Source: Planctomycetota bacterium
GTDB lineage: Bacteria > Planctomycetota > UBA8108 > UBA1146
Assembly (NCBI GenBank): GCA_028825265.1
Contig: JAPKAM010000004.1
Location: 333-64,332 of the forward strand
Length of the DNA: 64,000 bases
Direction of reading: 5' to 3'
How positions within the stretch are numbered: position 1 is the stretch's first letter; each line of letters begins with the position of its first letter. Of this stretch, positions 1 to 9,807 are shown piece after piece. The translations under genes were made by a program, and so were the position numbers. The notes beneath the pieces were generated by a model that was not told where the DNA came from, searched no databases, and was given only the letters and a program-made list of their open reading frames with translations.

Positions 1-1152
1 CCAGGAAAGGGTGCCGCCATCGAATTTCTTTTTCCCATCGACACGGATGGCGAAATCGGCGCAGCCAATCCCCGCTTCCTCATCGGGAGGGCGACTGCTG
101 GCATCGATACCGGCGATGCCGACTAGGGTTCGATCACCCTCTTTGACCGCAAAGGTTAGGTAACTTCGGGAATGAACTCCGATTCCCGAAGAATATTGTC
201 GGGACCCGATCTGCAGTGGCTGACCCACTACATTGAGGTCTTTGCGCCAGGTCCACGGGAACCAGTCCGATCCGGGAATACCTTCATCCACTTTCAGCGG
301 CGGACGCTCGGTTAGCGGAATGATTCGACCCAGTTCAAAATGGATCTCAACGATTCGAGAGATGGGGATGGCGAGTTGCTGACGATCGGGTTGCTGCAAT
401 AGCAGGGAAGTTTCATCGCCCTGTAGTAATGCCCCGATGATCTCACTTCCTTCGATCGTCTGGACCCGCACCGGTAGCCCAACATCGGTGGCTGCGGGGC
501 GATCAGTGGGGATCTCCACCAGCCGGAAGGCGAGCAGTTTGGACCAAGGAATCGTCAGGGTTCCCAGGGAAGGGTCGTCAAACAGCACTCCTTCCGCCAG
601 TAAGGACTCGAGGATTCCCGTCAGCAAGGTCCCGTCACTGGTCAATAATTGGTCTGAATCGGTTTCCTGCAGCGGAAAGGGGGTGGCTGGAGCTCGATGG
701 GTTCGATATTCGATCAGATCCTCTAGCGAGATCTTCAACGGCGCCGAAAGCGAGGGGCTTTGCCACTGGATCGTCTCGGGACTCTGCTCCTGGTCGCGCA
801 GCAAATCCCCTTTCCAGAGGGTCCCATGACTCAGCAGGATCTGTTCCCTCGGCTGCCTCTCCAACGGATGAGAGGGGAATCGGATCGATAGGATGTCGCG
901 CATCGCCACGGTACGACCGGCCAACTCGATGCTCGGCTGGTCACCGCTAAAAGTGGGAATCGGAGCCTGAATTTTGCCATCGATGGTCTCGATCACCACC
1001 CCGACACCGTCCGCCTTGGAACGATCTAGTTCCGAGAAGAGTGAGGGGGGGGGATCTCCGCCTCCGAGATGGCTGGAGATCGTCATTGTCATGAAGAGTG
1101 CCATCCCTACTGTCAGTGGGGTGGTCCAGTTGGATCGGGCTACGCTGTTCAT
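1..1152 (-). CDS. Hypothetical secreted protein, 5' part only; the stop codon lies left of the window
   Basis: A minus-strand reading frame runs without stops from the ATG at 1152 (MNSVARSNWTTPLTVGMALFMTM..., hydrophobic N-terminus) to the window edge. It is absent from the ORF track only because there is no in-window stop. It contains a C9 run (plus-strand G9 at 1049-1057) that is read in frame. Confidence 0.45.
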   Translation of the reverse strand, partial: MNSVARSNWTTPLTVGMALFMTMTISSHLGGGDPPPSLFSELDRSKADGVGVVIETIDGKIQAPIPTFSGDQPSIELAGRTVAMRDILSIRFPSHPLERQPREQILLSHGTLWKGDLLRDQEQSPETIQWQSPSLSAPLKISLEDLIEYRTHRAPATPFPLQETDSDQLLTSDGTLLTGILESLLAEGVLFDDPSLGTLTIPWSKLLAFRLVEIPTDRPAATDVGLPVRVQTIEGSEIIGALLQGDETSLLLQQPDRQQLAIPISRIVEIHFELGRIIPLTERPPLKVDEGIPGSDWFPWTWRKDLNVVGQPLQIGSRQYSSGIGVHSRSYLTFAVKEGDRTLVGIAGIDASSRPPDEEAGIGCADFAIRVDGKKKFDGGTLSW

Positions 1153-1312
1153 CGACTCCCTTCCCGCAGATGTCGCGGACCTCTAAGGCGGGGACCGTAT
1201 CCACCATGATGAAGTCGGAATCGCTTTAACGCAACGCGTGCTTCTTGACCAGTCCCCTTTGCTCACCTATTCTCCCGTCAGGTACATGCCGGAAGATCAA
1301 TAAGGGGGAACT

Positions 1313-2215
1313 TTGGGGCGTCGAGATGATTTGAGCATGTTTGAAGTGCTTCATCAGCAGGGGAGTTCGTTACCTTCGCAGGAGCGGTCCAGTTCCGAAC
1401 CCTCAAATCCTGCATCCGCTTCTGCCAGTACGGATGACTCGACCAAGCCACCGGGGACCGGTTCGCGTCGACGAGTCTCTCTCGATGATCGGGCCAAGCG
1501 GAGTCCTGGTTCTCGACAATTGCCGGAGATTCCGGCGGCGAGCTCCTCCGGCGGATCGGCCGATGTGCCCCCCGCACGAGAGACCTTTCTCGCCGCAACG
1601 ATCGAGATCCGGCGGGCCACGTTGCTGGTCTTTGGCTTCGCCTCCCTGTTATTGATGGCGCTCTCATACATGACCGGAAAAAGTACCGCTCCGGTGCAAG
1701 AACCTGCTGGAATCGCAGAGATGGAGCGGACCCCCGTGAGTGACGATTCAAGTTGGCCGTTACTCGATCCAGAACCGGGAATCCGCCCCGCCATCCGGAA
1801 CATCGTGCAGCAGGCGGTGGCCCCCAGCAGTGCCGACTCCACGCAGAACTCCGATGTCGTAGTCGCGGTGGCTTCGGTCGCGGATGTCGTCGCGGTACCG
1901 GTGCAGCAAAATCTTTACGCGGTGTGGATCGGACAACACCTCAGCAAAGATCCAGCCGTGATCGATAAGTTGGTTCAATATGTGGACTCTGGATTAACTC
2001 GTTCGAAAGCAAGAGTTCGCATCAGCGATTCGGTCGGGGGGAAGCGGTACTTCAGCGTCTACGTTGGACCCTTCGAAAACCTCGACGACGCCCGATCTGC
2101 ACTGCGAGAAATCCAAGTCCTTCGACCTCATCAGGGAGTTCGTTTCCGCGATGCATTCCCGACCAATATGGTGTTCACCTCGGTTGAACTTCAAAATTTC
2201 CAGATGGGACGCTGA
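1313..2215 (+). CDS. Membrane-anchored SPOR-domain protein (peptidoglycan binding)
   Basis: One TM helix (LLVFGFASLLLMALSYM) and a C-terminal SPOR-like segment (RYFSVYVGPFENLDDARSALREIQ). The start could be the downstream M at 1337. Confidence 0.55.
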   Translation: MGRRDDLSMFEVLHQQGSSLPSQERSSSEPSNPASASASTDDSTKPPGTGSRRRVSLDDRAKRSPGSRQLPEIPAASSSGGSADVPPARETFLAATIEIRRATLLVFGFASLLLMALSYMTGKSTAPVQEPAGIAEMERTPVSDDSSWPLLDPEPGIRPAIRNIVQQAVAPSSADSTQNSDVVVAVASVADVVAVPVQQNLYAVWIGQHLSKDPAVIDKLVQYVDSGLTRSKARVRISDSVGGKRYFSVYVGPFENLDDARSALREIQVLRPHQGVRFRDAFPTNMVFTSVELQNFQMGR

Positions 2216-2218
2216 CCC

Positions 2219-3109
2219 TTGTCACGCTTTGTTCCACAGTGCTATCCGTGCGCTCTTCGGAGAGCACTCTGTACTGCAGAGCGAATCAGTGATGACGATT
2301 GGTTGCAGCAAAAAGTGGTCGACGAATCGATGCGGATCCTTCGCCAAGCGGAAACGGGGCAATCTCCGGCCGAGATGGTCGGCGGCTTGCTGAAAAGTGT
2401 CCACTCGGTGCTTGGCTCGGCAGATCCGTGGAGAGAGGTTCGGGAACGTTGGTTGGCCGAGATGCAGGAAGCGTTGCCAGGGATGCGCCAGCAAGCAGCG
2501 CAGGACTCGGATCCGCTCGGTCGAGCGCTCTTGATCTCGGCACGATGTAATGTCTTCGCCAACGAGATCCTCCAGTCGAAGGCGATCCGTGAGGATCTGA
2601 GAAGACTGGGGATGCGAGCCGGAGATCCGATGGATGGAGAATTTGTCCATGACGAGCGAAAAGCACTCGATCGGGCCCTCTCGGGGGCTTCTCGGCTGCT
2701 GTTCTTGCACGATACAGCCCCCGAATTGCCGGCAGATCTGGTGCTGCTGGAACAGTTGAAACAAGCGCGTAGCGGGCTTCATATCACCAGTGTCGTCCGA
2801 GAATCGCCGATGCTGCTGAAGGCGTGCCAGGAAGACGCAGATCGAGTCGAACTGGTCGGAGACCAGCGCGCAGACGATCTCTTCACGGTCGGCGGAGATG
2901 GCCTGGGATTGATGCTGGACGAGGTGGGGGAGTCGCTGCGGAAACGACTCGATCAGGCGGATCTGATCCTGGCCAAGGGGTCGTCTCATCAGCAGACCCT
3001 GGCCGCCAGCGGATTGCCGGTCTTCTTCCTGGTGCGGGCCAAATGTCCGGTCACTGCTGCTGCCCAGAGTTGCCGTATCGGCGAACTGCTACTAATCCGC
3101 TCCGACTGA
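2219..3109 (+). CDS. DUF89 / ARMT1-like damage-control phosphatase family protein
   Basis: N-terminal CxxC (CYPCALRR), then ...ILAKGSSHQQTL...FFLVRAKCPVTAAAQSCRIGELLL. This matches the DUF89 signature (IIAKGQGNFETL...FFLLKAKCP...). The antisense ORF 2222..2989 is spurious. Confidence 0.7.
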   Translation: MSRFVPQCYPCALRRALCTAERISDDDWLQQKVVDESMRILRQAETGQSPAEMVGGLLKSVHSVLGSADPWREVRERWLAEMQEALPGMRQQAAQDSDPLGRALLISARCNVFANEILQSKAIREDLRRLGMRAGDPMDGEFVHDERKALDRALSGASRLLFLHDTAPELPADLVLLEQLKQARSGLHITSVVRESPMLLKACQEDADRVELVGDQRADDLFTVGGDGLGLMLDEVGESLRKRLDQADLILAKGSSHQQTLAASGLPVFFLVRAKCPVTAAAQSCRIGELLLIRSD

Positions 3110-3305
3110 TCGGGGAATATTGGCAGCTTCGGCGGTTCGGTCCCTTCTCGGAGTCTCGCCGTGTGACTTCTCGTGGGATTGATTCCTCTAGATCTGTGTG
3201 TGAAGTTGACACACCACGTCCTGCCACATAGGATCCACCCTCTCTCTTCGCTCCATTATTTTGGAGGCGAAGGGGCTTCCGATCTGAAACGATCTGGGTC
3301 ATCGG

Positions 3306-3352
3306 CTTAGACCTACGACTTAGACCTACGACTTCGATCATTGACTTAGACC
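3306..3352. repeat. Direct repeats CTTAGACCTACGA x2 plus a partial third (GACTTAGACC)
   Basis: atcggCTTAGACCTACGA CTTAGACCTACGA cttcgatcattGACTTAGACCatcg, in a 375-bp intergenic region. Confidence 0.7.
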
Positions 3353-3441
3353 ATCGATGGATGGCATGCGTTTCGGGCCGGGCAGGGGTCGAAGTACACC
3401 TGCAATGAAGGGGAAGGAGGAGGACCATCCAGAATAATGCA

Positions 3442-3480
3442 ATTGATCACACGGGTATTGATCACACGTGTATTGAGCAT
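3442..3480. repeat. Tandem 15-bp repeats ATTGATCACACG(G/T)GT x2 plus a partial third, ending 3 bp before the ATG at 3484
   Basis: aATTGATCACACGGGTATTGATCACACGTGTATTGAGCATgag ATG. Confidence 0.7.
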
Positions 3481-3483
3481 GAG

Positions 3484-4767
3484 ATGATGGCGTCTTCCAT
3501 TTCGAGGTTCGGATCCCTGGTCAGTTCCTGTCTCGGTGTCGTACTCCTGCTGCTGACGATTGGACTGCTGACGATCGGATCTCCGATCCAGGCTCAGGAT
3601 GATCCGGTGAGAGGGCAGCCGACACTTCAACCCTGGATGGGTGAAGTGACGGGGAGTGTCGTCAATATCAGAACCGGTCCATCGACCAATCACTTGGCCT
3701 TCTTCCAGTTGGGTGGAGGGACTGCCCTCATCGCGCTGGGTGGCCAGGGAGATTGGGTCGAGGTTGCGGTTCCGGCCGATCGGCCAGTCTGGGTACATGG
3801 TGATTATCTGGCTGCGGATGGGGATACCCTCCGTGTCACAGGAAGTCGTGTGAGACTTCGTGCTTCTGCAGGCACGAAACATGCGCCGCTCGGGTTGACC
3901 GTCGCGGGCCAGAAATTGAAAGCGACCGGCAAGACCGATGCGAATGGAGACTGGATTGAAGTGTTTGCGCCTCTCAATGCGCATGCATGGATTCATGGAG
4001 ATTATATTCGTCGTAGTTCGTCAAAAATCCAATCGCTGCACCTATCCAGGCAGCACCAACAGATTCGAAGTTTCGGCGGGACCGTAACTACGGGAGTCGC
4101 TAATCCTGTCGGGAAAGAGCCCGAGTCTGCGGTGGAACCGATCGCCAGTGGCGATACAGGACCGGGTGCCGGAAATGCCGAGCCCGAGCAAGTTCTAGAT
4201 CCAAACACGGTCAAGATACCTGCGTTTGAATCTGCGAAATTGAAGAGATTGTTCGAGGATTTCCGTACAGAGACGCAAAAGAACCCAGTGGAATGGAACT
4301 TCAGTTCCTTGCTGGAGCAGATGAAAAGCATTGAGAATTCCAGTGAAGACATCGGAGAGGTCGAGGTCGTCCGAGATCTTTCCAGCACCATTTTAGAACA
4401 CTTCATGCCACTACATCGCCGACTGGTCGAGATCCAGCGGCAACAGCAAAAGGCCAAGATCGAGCGAGAGCTCGCCAAAGCCAAAGAGAATGAAATTTTG
4501 CGAAGGACAGGACATCGCAGCACGAGCCCTGGTGTCAAATACCAGGCCGTTGGCTGGGTCGTCCCGCTTGGGAAACACCGGGATGTCGAGGCAACTCACA
4601 AGTTGATGAAGGGGAATCAACTCCTCTTCTACCTCGATGGCGGCAAATTGAAACTTGATCCATACGTGAATAAAAGAGTTGGCATCGTTGGGTCTGTTGA
4701 AGAACAGGCCCCCAGTACTGGAGCCCGACTCATCCGAATCCGTAGTATCGAGGTTCTGTCGCAGTAG
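3484..4767 (+). CDS. Secreted protein with two bacterial SH3-like repeats and a coiled-coil C-terminal region
   Basis: Signal peptide (LVSSCLGVVLLLLTIGLLTIGSPIQA), then two SH3b-like units (VNIRTGPS...GDWVEVAVPADRPVWVHGDYL and RVRLRASAGT...GDWIEVFAPLNAHAWIHGDYI). Confidence 0.55.
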   Translation: MMASSISRFGSLVSSCLGVVLLLLTIGLLTIGSPIQAQDDPVRGQPTLQPWMGEVTGSVVNIRTGPSTNHLAFFQLGGGTALIALGGQGDWVEVAVPADRPVWVHGDYLAADGDTLRVTGSRVRLRASAGTKHAPLGLTVAGQKLKATGKTDANGDWIEVFAPLNAHAWIHGDYIRRSSSKIQSLHLSRQHQQIRSFGGTVTTGVANPVGKEPESAVEPIASGDTGPGAGNAEPEQVLDPNTVKIPAFESAKLKRLFEDFRTETQKNPVEWNFSSLLEQMKSIENSSEDIGEVEVVRDLSSTILEHFMPLHRRLVEIQRQQQKAKIERELAKAKENEILRRTGHRSTSPGVKYQAVGWVVPLGKHRDVEATHKLMKGNQLLFYLDGGKLKLDPYVNKRVGIVGSVEEQAPSTGARLIRIRSIEVLSQ

Positions 4768-4827
4768 CCCCTCGGGGCCGCCTTCCTCTGGTCTTTCCCC
4801 TGCAGTGCCTTCTGCGGGAGGAATGAT

Positions 4828-6456
4828 TTGATCAAATTTCTAGTACTGTCCCCAGAGCTGTCCTCAGCCCTGTCGCCTGCCCTATCCCCTACCCTGTCTC
4901 TTGCACAGGTCAATACCGCTGACTGGCTGGTTCCAGTGGGCCTGATCCTGGCTGCACTAATTGGGATCGCCGTCATGACTCAGCGATCTCAGGCTCGTAA
5001 TCGTGAAGAGCGCCGTGTCTTGCTCGAGGAAAGCCGGGAAGAGGCGGACCGGATTCGCAAGGACACTCGCACGGAGACCCAGGATTGGGTCAAGCATCAA
5101 CGAAGCGATGTCCTGCAGCAGCAACGCGAACTTCGGGATGAGGCCAAGGAATCAGAAAAGCAGTTCAGCAAGCGTGAGGATGGACTCGAGCGCCGGATGG
5201 CCCTTCTCACCAAGAAGGAAACGGGTCTTCAATCGGAAGAGTCCGATCTCAACAACCGGGTGCTTCGCATCAAGACCCGTGAGGAAGAGTTGGACGAGGT
5301 GCTCGATACTGAGCGTGAAAACCTCGAACGAATTGCAGACATGACGCGAGAGGAAGCTCGCAACTCCCTGGTCCAGAAGATGGAGAAAGAAGTCGAACAC
5401 GAGGGAGATATCCTCATCCAGCGGATGGTGGAACGGGTCAAGGATACTGCCGATTCCAAGGCTCGAGATATCCTGGCCTCGACTCTGCAGCGTATTTCTT
5501 CCGGATATTGTCAGGAGTCAACGGTCACCACTATCGACATCATTTCTGACGATATGAAGGGCCGGATCATCGGTCGTGAGGGACGTAACATCCGTGCTTT
5601 CGAAAAAGCTACAGGCGTCGATGTGATCGTCGATGATAGTCCCGGCGTGATCACTCTTTCTTGTTTTGATCCGATTCGGCGCGAGATGGCGGGGCGTTCA
5701 CTCAATAAACTTTTGGCCGATGGACGGATTCACCCCAGTCGCATCGAAGAGGTCGTGGCAGAGGCGAAGAAATCTCTCAACGAGGAAATCCAGAAAACAG
5801 GAGTTCAGGTCTCCTATGACCTCGATCTTCCCGGTGTCCATCCAAAACTGGTGACGATGCTAGGTCGTCTCAAATACCGGACATCCTATGGGCAAAACAT
5901 GCTCTCTCATTCCGTGGAGTGTGCCCAGATGTGCGGCATGATTGCTGCTGAGTTTGGTCTCGATCAGGATCTGGCCAAGCGTTGTGGATTGTTTCATGAC
6001 ATCGGCAAGGCGGTCGATCACCAGTACGAAGGTGGACATCCGGAGATCGGCGCGACCATCCTCAAAAGGTATGACGAACCGAAAGAAGTCGTGAACTCTG
6101 CGGCCAGTCACCACAACGATGTTCCGCAGGAGAGTCTCTACGCAGTGCTCGTCCAGGCGGCTGATTCCATCAGTGGCAGCCGTCCCGGGGCGAGAGGCGA
6201 ATCTCTGGATCGCTATGTCGAACGCCTCGAGAAACTGGAGGGATTGGTCAATTCCTTTGCTGGAGTCTCCAATGCACAGGCGATTCAAGCGGGCCGTGAA
6301 GTGAGAGTGTTCGTCAATGCTCACAAGGTCAGTGACAAGAAGGCGGTTCGACTGGCTCATGAGGTGGCCAAGCAGATCGAGGATCAATTGACTTACCCCG
6401 GCGAGATCAAAATTACCCTGATCAGAGAAACCCGTGTGGTCGAATATGCCCGCTGA
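4828..6456 (+). CDS. rny: Ribonuclease Y
   Basis: N-terminal TM helix, KH domain (GRIIGREGRNIRAFEKATGVDVIVDD) and HD domain (HSVECAQMCGMIAAEFG...HDIGKA). There is a ~30-aa N-terminal extension before the TM helix, so the true start is uncertain. Confidence 0.85.
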   Translation: MIKFLVLSPELSSALSPALSPTLSLAQVNTADWLVPVGLILAALIGIAVMTQRSQARNREERRVLLEESREEADRIRKDTRTETQDWVKHQRSDVLQQQRELRDEAKESEKQFSKREDGLERRMALLTKKETGLQSEESDLNNRVLRIKTREEELDEVLDTERENLERIADMTREEARNSLVQKMEKEVEHEGDILIQRMVERVKDTADSKARDILASTLQRISSGYCQESTVTTIDIISDDMKGRIIGREGRNIRAFEKATGVDVIVDDSPGVITLSCFDPIRREMAGRSLNKLLADGRIHPSRIEEVVAEAKKSLNEEIQKTGVQVSYDLDLPGVHPKLVTMLGRLKYRTSYGQNMLSHSVECAQMCGMIAAEFGLDQDLAKRCGLFHDIGKAVDHQYEGGHPEIGATILKRYDEPKEVVNSAASHHNDVPQESLYAVLVQAADSISGSRPGARGESLDRYVERLEKLEGLVNSFAGVSNAQAIQAGREVRVFVNAHKVSDKKAVRLAHEVAKQIEDQLTYPGEIKITLIRETRVVEYAR

Positions 6457-7300
6457 TAGTTCCGCCACTCGAATCCTCCTGATTGGTGACATTGTCGGTA
6501 GACCCGGTAGAAGAATCGTTCAAGAAATGCTGCCAGGTTTGCGTGATTCATTGAATCTTGACCTGGTGATCGCCAATGCCGAAAATTCGGCAGCGGGATC
6601 GGGGATCACCCCGAAGATTTTCGCAGAGCTTCTGGCAGCGGGGGTCGATCTAATGACTCTGGGTGATCATGCGTGGAAACGCAGGGATAATCTCGAGGTT
6701 CTTGAGAAGGAACCCCTCTGTTTGCGACCGCATAATTATCCGGATGAGGCGCTGGGTACCGGCTGGGCTGTGGTGGAAACTGCCGGTGGAGTGAAGGTCG
6801 CTCACATCATCGTCCTGGGACGTGTCTTCATGGACTCCGTCGCATGTCCTTTCCGCACTGTGGATGCGGTCTTGCAGGAAATCCCTGAAGAAGTGAAAAT
6901 CCGGATCGTCGAGTTCCATGCCGAAGCGACCAGCGAGAAACAAGCCGCGGGCTGGCATTTCGATGGTCGTGTGAGTGCTGTGGTCGGCACTCATACTCAT
7001 GTAATGACTGCTGACGCCCGAATCCTGCCCGGAGGCACCGGATATCTTTCCGATATGGGAATGACCGGACCCTACGATGGTGTCATCGGGCGAGACTCCC
7101 GACCGGTTCTGCACAAGTTCCTGACCTCGATGCATGCTCCATTCACGGTGGCTGAAAACAATGCTCACCTCTGCGGAGTGTTGCTCACGGTCGATCCCAC
7201 CTCGGGAAAACCGACCTCTTTCAGATCCGTCGATATCGCCGAAGCGCCGGAAGGTGCCTTCTTCCACGATGTCATTGAGGGGCCCGATTTGACCATCTAG
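6434..7300 (+). CDS. ymdB: YmdB-like metallophosphoesterase (TIGR00282 family)
   Basis: ILLIGDIVGRPGRR...VIANAEN...GDHAW motifs. It sits directly downstream of rny, overlapping its end, as in the conserved rny-ymdB pair. Confidence 0.75.
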   Translation: MWSNMPADSSATRILLIGDIVGRPGRRIVQEMLPGLRDSLNLDLVIANAENSAAGSGITPKIFAELLAAGVDLMTLGDHAWKRRDNLEVLEKEPLCLRPHNYPDEALGTGWAVVETAGGVKVAHIIVLGRVFMDSVACPFRTVDAVLQEIPEEVKIRIVEFHAEATSEKQAAGWHFDGRVSAVVGTHTHVMTADARILPGGTGYLSDMGMTGPYDGVIGRDSRPVLHKFLTSMHAPFTVAENNAHLCGVLLTVDPTSGKPTSFRSVDIAEAPEGAFFHDVIEGPDLTI

Positions 7301-7362
7301 CCAGGTTCTCCTCCTGGTCATCTCGATTCCTGATATCATCGCGAGATGGATATGGAGGTGAT

Positions 7363-7815
7363 GTGCGTGTACTGGTACAGCGAGTTCTGCAAGCCCAAGT
7401 CGAGGTCGATGGCGTAACGGTCGGTTCCATCGGCGCCGGCCTGCTGCTGCTGATCGGTCTCGGCATTGGCGATGGTTCTGCGGAACTGGAGTGGATGGCA
7501 CGTAAGGTGGCAGGACTACGAATTTTCCCCGATACCGAGGGCCAGATGAATCTCGATTTGACTCAGGTGGACGGAGCCATCCTGGCAGTGAGCCAGTTCA
7601 CTCTTTACGGAGATTGCAGTCATGGTCGGCGCCCTTCATGGATGAAGGCGCTTGAACCGGGCCTGGCGGAGCCATTATTCGAACAGTTTGTAGATCTAGT
7701 TCGCGAGCAAGGTATTCCCACAGTGGAGACTGGACGCTTTGGAGCCGACATGAAGGTCCACATGATCAACGACGGACCGGTGACTCTCTGGATCGAACGT
7801 GAGGCCGTCAGTTGA
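7363..7815 (+). CDS. dtd: D-aminoacyl-tRNA deacylase
   Basis: MRVLVQRV...VEVDG...SQFTLYGD...NDGPVT; typical 150-aa Dtd. Confidence 0.85.
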   Translation: MRVLVQRVLQAQVEVDGVTVGSIGAGLLLLIGLGIGDGSAELEWMARKVAGLRIFPDTEGQMNLDLTQVDGAILAVSQFTLYGDCSHGRRPSWMKALEPGLAEPLFEQFVDLVREQGIPTVETGRFGADMKVHMINDGPVTLWIEREAVS

Positions 7816-8621
7816 AGAATGGATTCGTAGATCACTACTTGGTCCTTCGTGTCGATCCCGATTGCAGGCAAGAGCAGATACGCGTTTCTTTTCGCAAACG
7901 CTTGCTGGAGATTCATCCCGATAAGACGGAACACCCGAAGGATCCTGAAGAGATGCGTGCGCTATTACTGGCGTTTGAGATCCTCTCCGATACCGAGCGA
8001 CGCGACAATTACGACAATATGTGGAAGATCGTCGCCGGGAAAAATTCGGATCTGTCATCGATCCCTCATGTTACGGAAAGTGGCAGGCCTGCGGCTCGTG
8101 TGAGATCGGTCCTTTTCTTGTTACTAGAACAGCGGAACGAAGAAGCACTCGAACGACTTTCGGAGTTGGAACCAGGAAGTCGGATTCTGCTGCGGAACCA
8201 TCTTGCGACTAGTGAATTCGTGGATGCTTGCTTCTTGCTGGGGGAGATCGACGAGGATCGCAAGAACTGGAGCGGTGCGCTCGAATGGTACGAGGAACTG
8301 ATCCGAGTAGAACAACCTCGAAATGTCAAACGACCCTGTTTCACCGAAGCGATGGAAAGAGCCAGAAAGCTGTTGCTGAAACGTACGACCGGGCGACTCG
8401 ATCCCCGAATCGGCCTGGAATATCTTCGCCGTGCAGAGATCCTCGGACTCGATCGGGCCGGTCATGCGGAGGTCGCCAAGAAAAGAGCGAGTTGCTACCT
8501 CGAAATGGAAATGAAAGTCGAGGCGGCCAAGCATTTCAAGGAGTACTTGAAACTTCAGCCTCGAGCCAAGGGAGTGGATCGGCTCAAATCGGCACTGCAG
8601 GGATATCTGGAAGATGAGTGA
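7812..8621 (+). CDS. J-domain (DnaJ-like) protein with TPR-like C-terminus
   Basis: DHYLVLRVDPDCRQEQIRVSFRKRLLEIHPDK (HPD motif). TTG start overlapping the dtd stop. Confidence 0.65.
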   Translation: MKNGFVDHYLVLRVDPDCRQEQIRVSFRKRLLEIHPDKTEHPKDPEEMRALLLAFEILSDTERRDNYDNMWKIVAGKNSDLSSIPHVTESGRPAARVRSVLFLLLEQRNEEALERLSELEPGSRILLRNHLATSEFVDACFLLGEIDEDRKNWSGALEWYEELIRVEQPRNVKRPCFTEAMERARKLLLKRTTGRLDPRIGLEYLRRAEILGLDRAGHAEVAKKRASCYLEMEMKVEAAKHFKEYLKLQPRAKGVDRLKSALQGYLEDE

Positions 8622-9807
8622 AGCACTGCATGTGGTCATCCTGGCAGGAGGCGGGGGGCAGCGTCTGTGGCCCTGGAGTCGCAAGGATCGTCCCAAACCT
8701 TGTCTGCCACTACTGAATGATCGCTCCCTTCTGAAGCAAACCCTCGACCGGGCATCGCAACTGGCGACCGCACAGCAGATTCACCTGGTGGCCGGGCCAG
8801 AACTGGTCGATTGGGCTGAAGGATGTCAATTCCTCGAAGAGGCCGTCAGTCGCAATACCGCACCCGCCATCATCTCTGCAGTGACCGAAATCGCCCAACG
8901 AGATCCTACTGCGTTGGTCCTGGTGGTTCCGGCAGATCATCACGTGCAAGATCCCGATCAATATCTGCAGTACATCAGGAATACCATCGAAAAAGCGGCT
9001 TCGGCCCCGGATCGGCTGTGGTTGTTCGGGACCTCTGCTGAATCGGATCGGGCCTACGGATTCATCGTTCCCGAAAATCTAGAGCCGGTCTCCTCGGTGC
9101 TAGAATTCGTAGAGAAGCCGGCTGCCGCCGATCAACCACGCCTCGATGATGCCGGAGCCCTTCGGAACTGTGGCGTGTTGCTCTTTCGAGCTCAGTTCTT
9201 GCTGGATCTGGTCGGCGCAACGATGCTCGATGATGATTCTCGATCGCAGAGTGCGGACTCGATACCGGCGATTTCCTTCGATCACTTCCTGTTGTCACGA
9301 CCAGAGATTCAACCGCATCTGATGGTCGTCCGGGTCGACCCCATCTGGCACGATCTGGGCTCATGGCCGGCGCTTCGCCGCTGGCATGATGTCGACGATC
9401 AGGGCAATCTTCGATTCCAGATCGACACCTCTCCCATCGAGAGAATCGAACCCGGATCGCCCATCTCGATTCGTGCGGAACCATCTCACCTTGAAAGTGA
9501 TGGTGTTCGTCAATTGGTGCTGCTCGGAACCGGGCCCTTAAATCTTGAATCGGTGCGGGATGGTGTCACCGTGGATATGAGAGAAGGAGGTGAGGATCCC
9601 ATCGAATCGGGTGATTCACTGAGCGATTGCCAGCAACTGATTTGCCTGGTAGAGGGGGAGATCGCTGTCCAGGTGATCTCTGCACGAGGAGGCCTGGTGG
9701 CGGTGTCTCCAGACCTAGTGCTGGTGGCGACTGAAGCGGAAATCGGTTCGGGAGGATTGCGTGATGTCTTGAAGGTACTCGAACAACGCGAAGGAGAGTG
9801 CCGATGA
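8614..9807 (+). CDS. Sugar-phosphate nucleotidyltransferase (mannose-1-phosphate guanylyltransferase-like)
   Basis: HVVILAGGGGQRLWPWSRKDRPKPCLPL N-terminus and LVVPADHHV motif. Confidence 0.6.
   Translation: MSEALHVVILAGGGGQRLWPWSRKDRPKPCLPLLNDRSLLKQTLDRASQLATAQQIHLVAGPELVDWAEGCQFLEEAVSRNTAPAIISAVTEIAQRDPTALVLVVPADHHVQDPDQYLQYIRNTIEKAASAPDRLWLFGTSAESDRAYGFIVPENLEPVSSVLEFVEKPAAADQPRLDDAGALRNCGVLLFRAQFLLDLVGATMLDDDSRSQSADSIPAISFDHFLLSRPEIQPHLMVVRVDPIWHDLGSWPALRRWHDVDDQGNLRFQIDTSPIERIEPGSPISIRAEPSHLESDGVRQLVLLGTGPLNLESVRDGVTVDMREGGEDPIESGDSLSDCQQLICLVEGEIAVQVISARGGLVAVSPDLVLVATEAEIGSGGLRDVLKVLEQREGECR

Noticed and set aside
2222-2989. 255-aa antisense ORF overlapping the DUF89 gene, and similar long antisense or overlapping ORFs throughout (e.g. 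3346..3996 -, 12243..12746 -, 13638..14510 -, 31713..32321 -, 35169..36074 -, 21136..21609 -)
   Set aside because: These are typical high-GC stop-codon-poor antisense frames. In every case the sense-strand ORF has clear conserved-domain content and the antisense one has none.
9341-9356. Sigma54-like -24/-12 element (TGGCACgatctgGGC)
   Set aside because: It lies inside a CDS, far from any gene start, and lacks the TTGC -12 box. It is probably a chance match.
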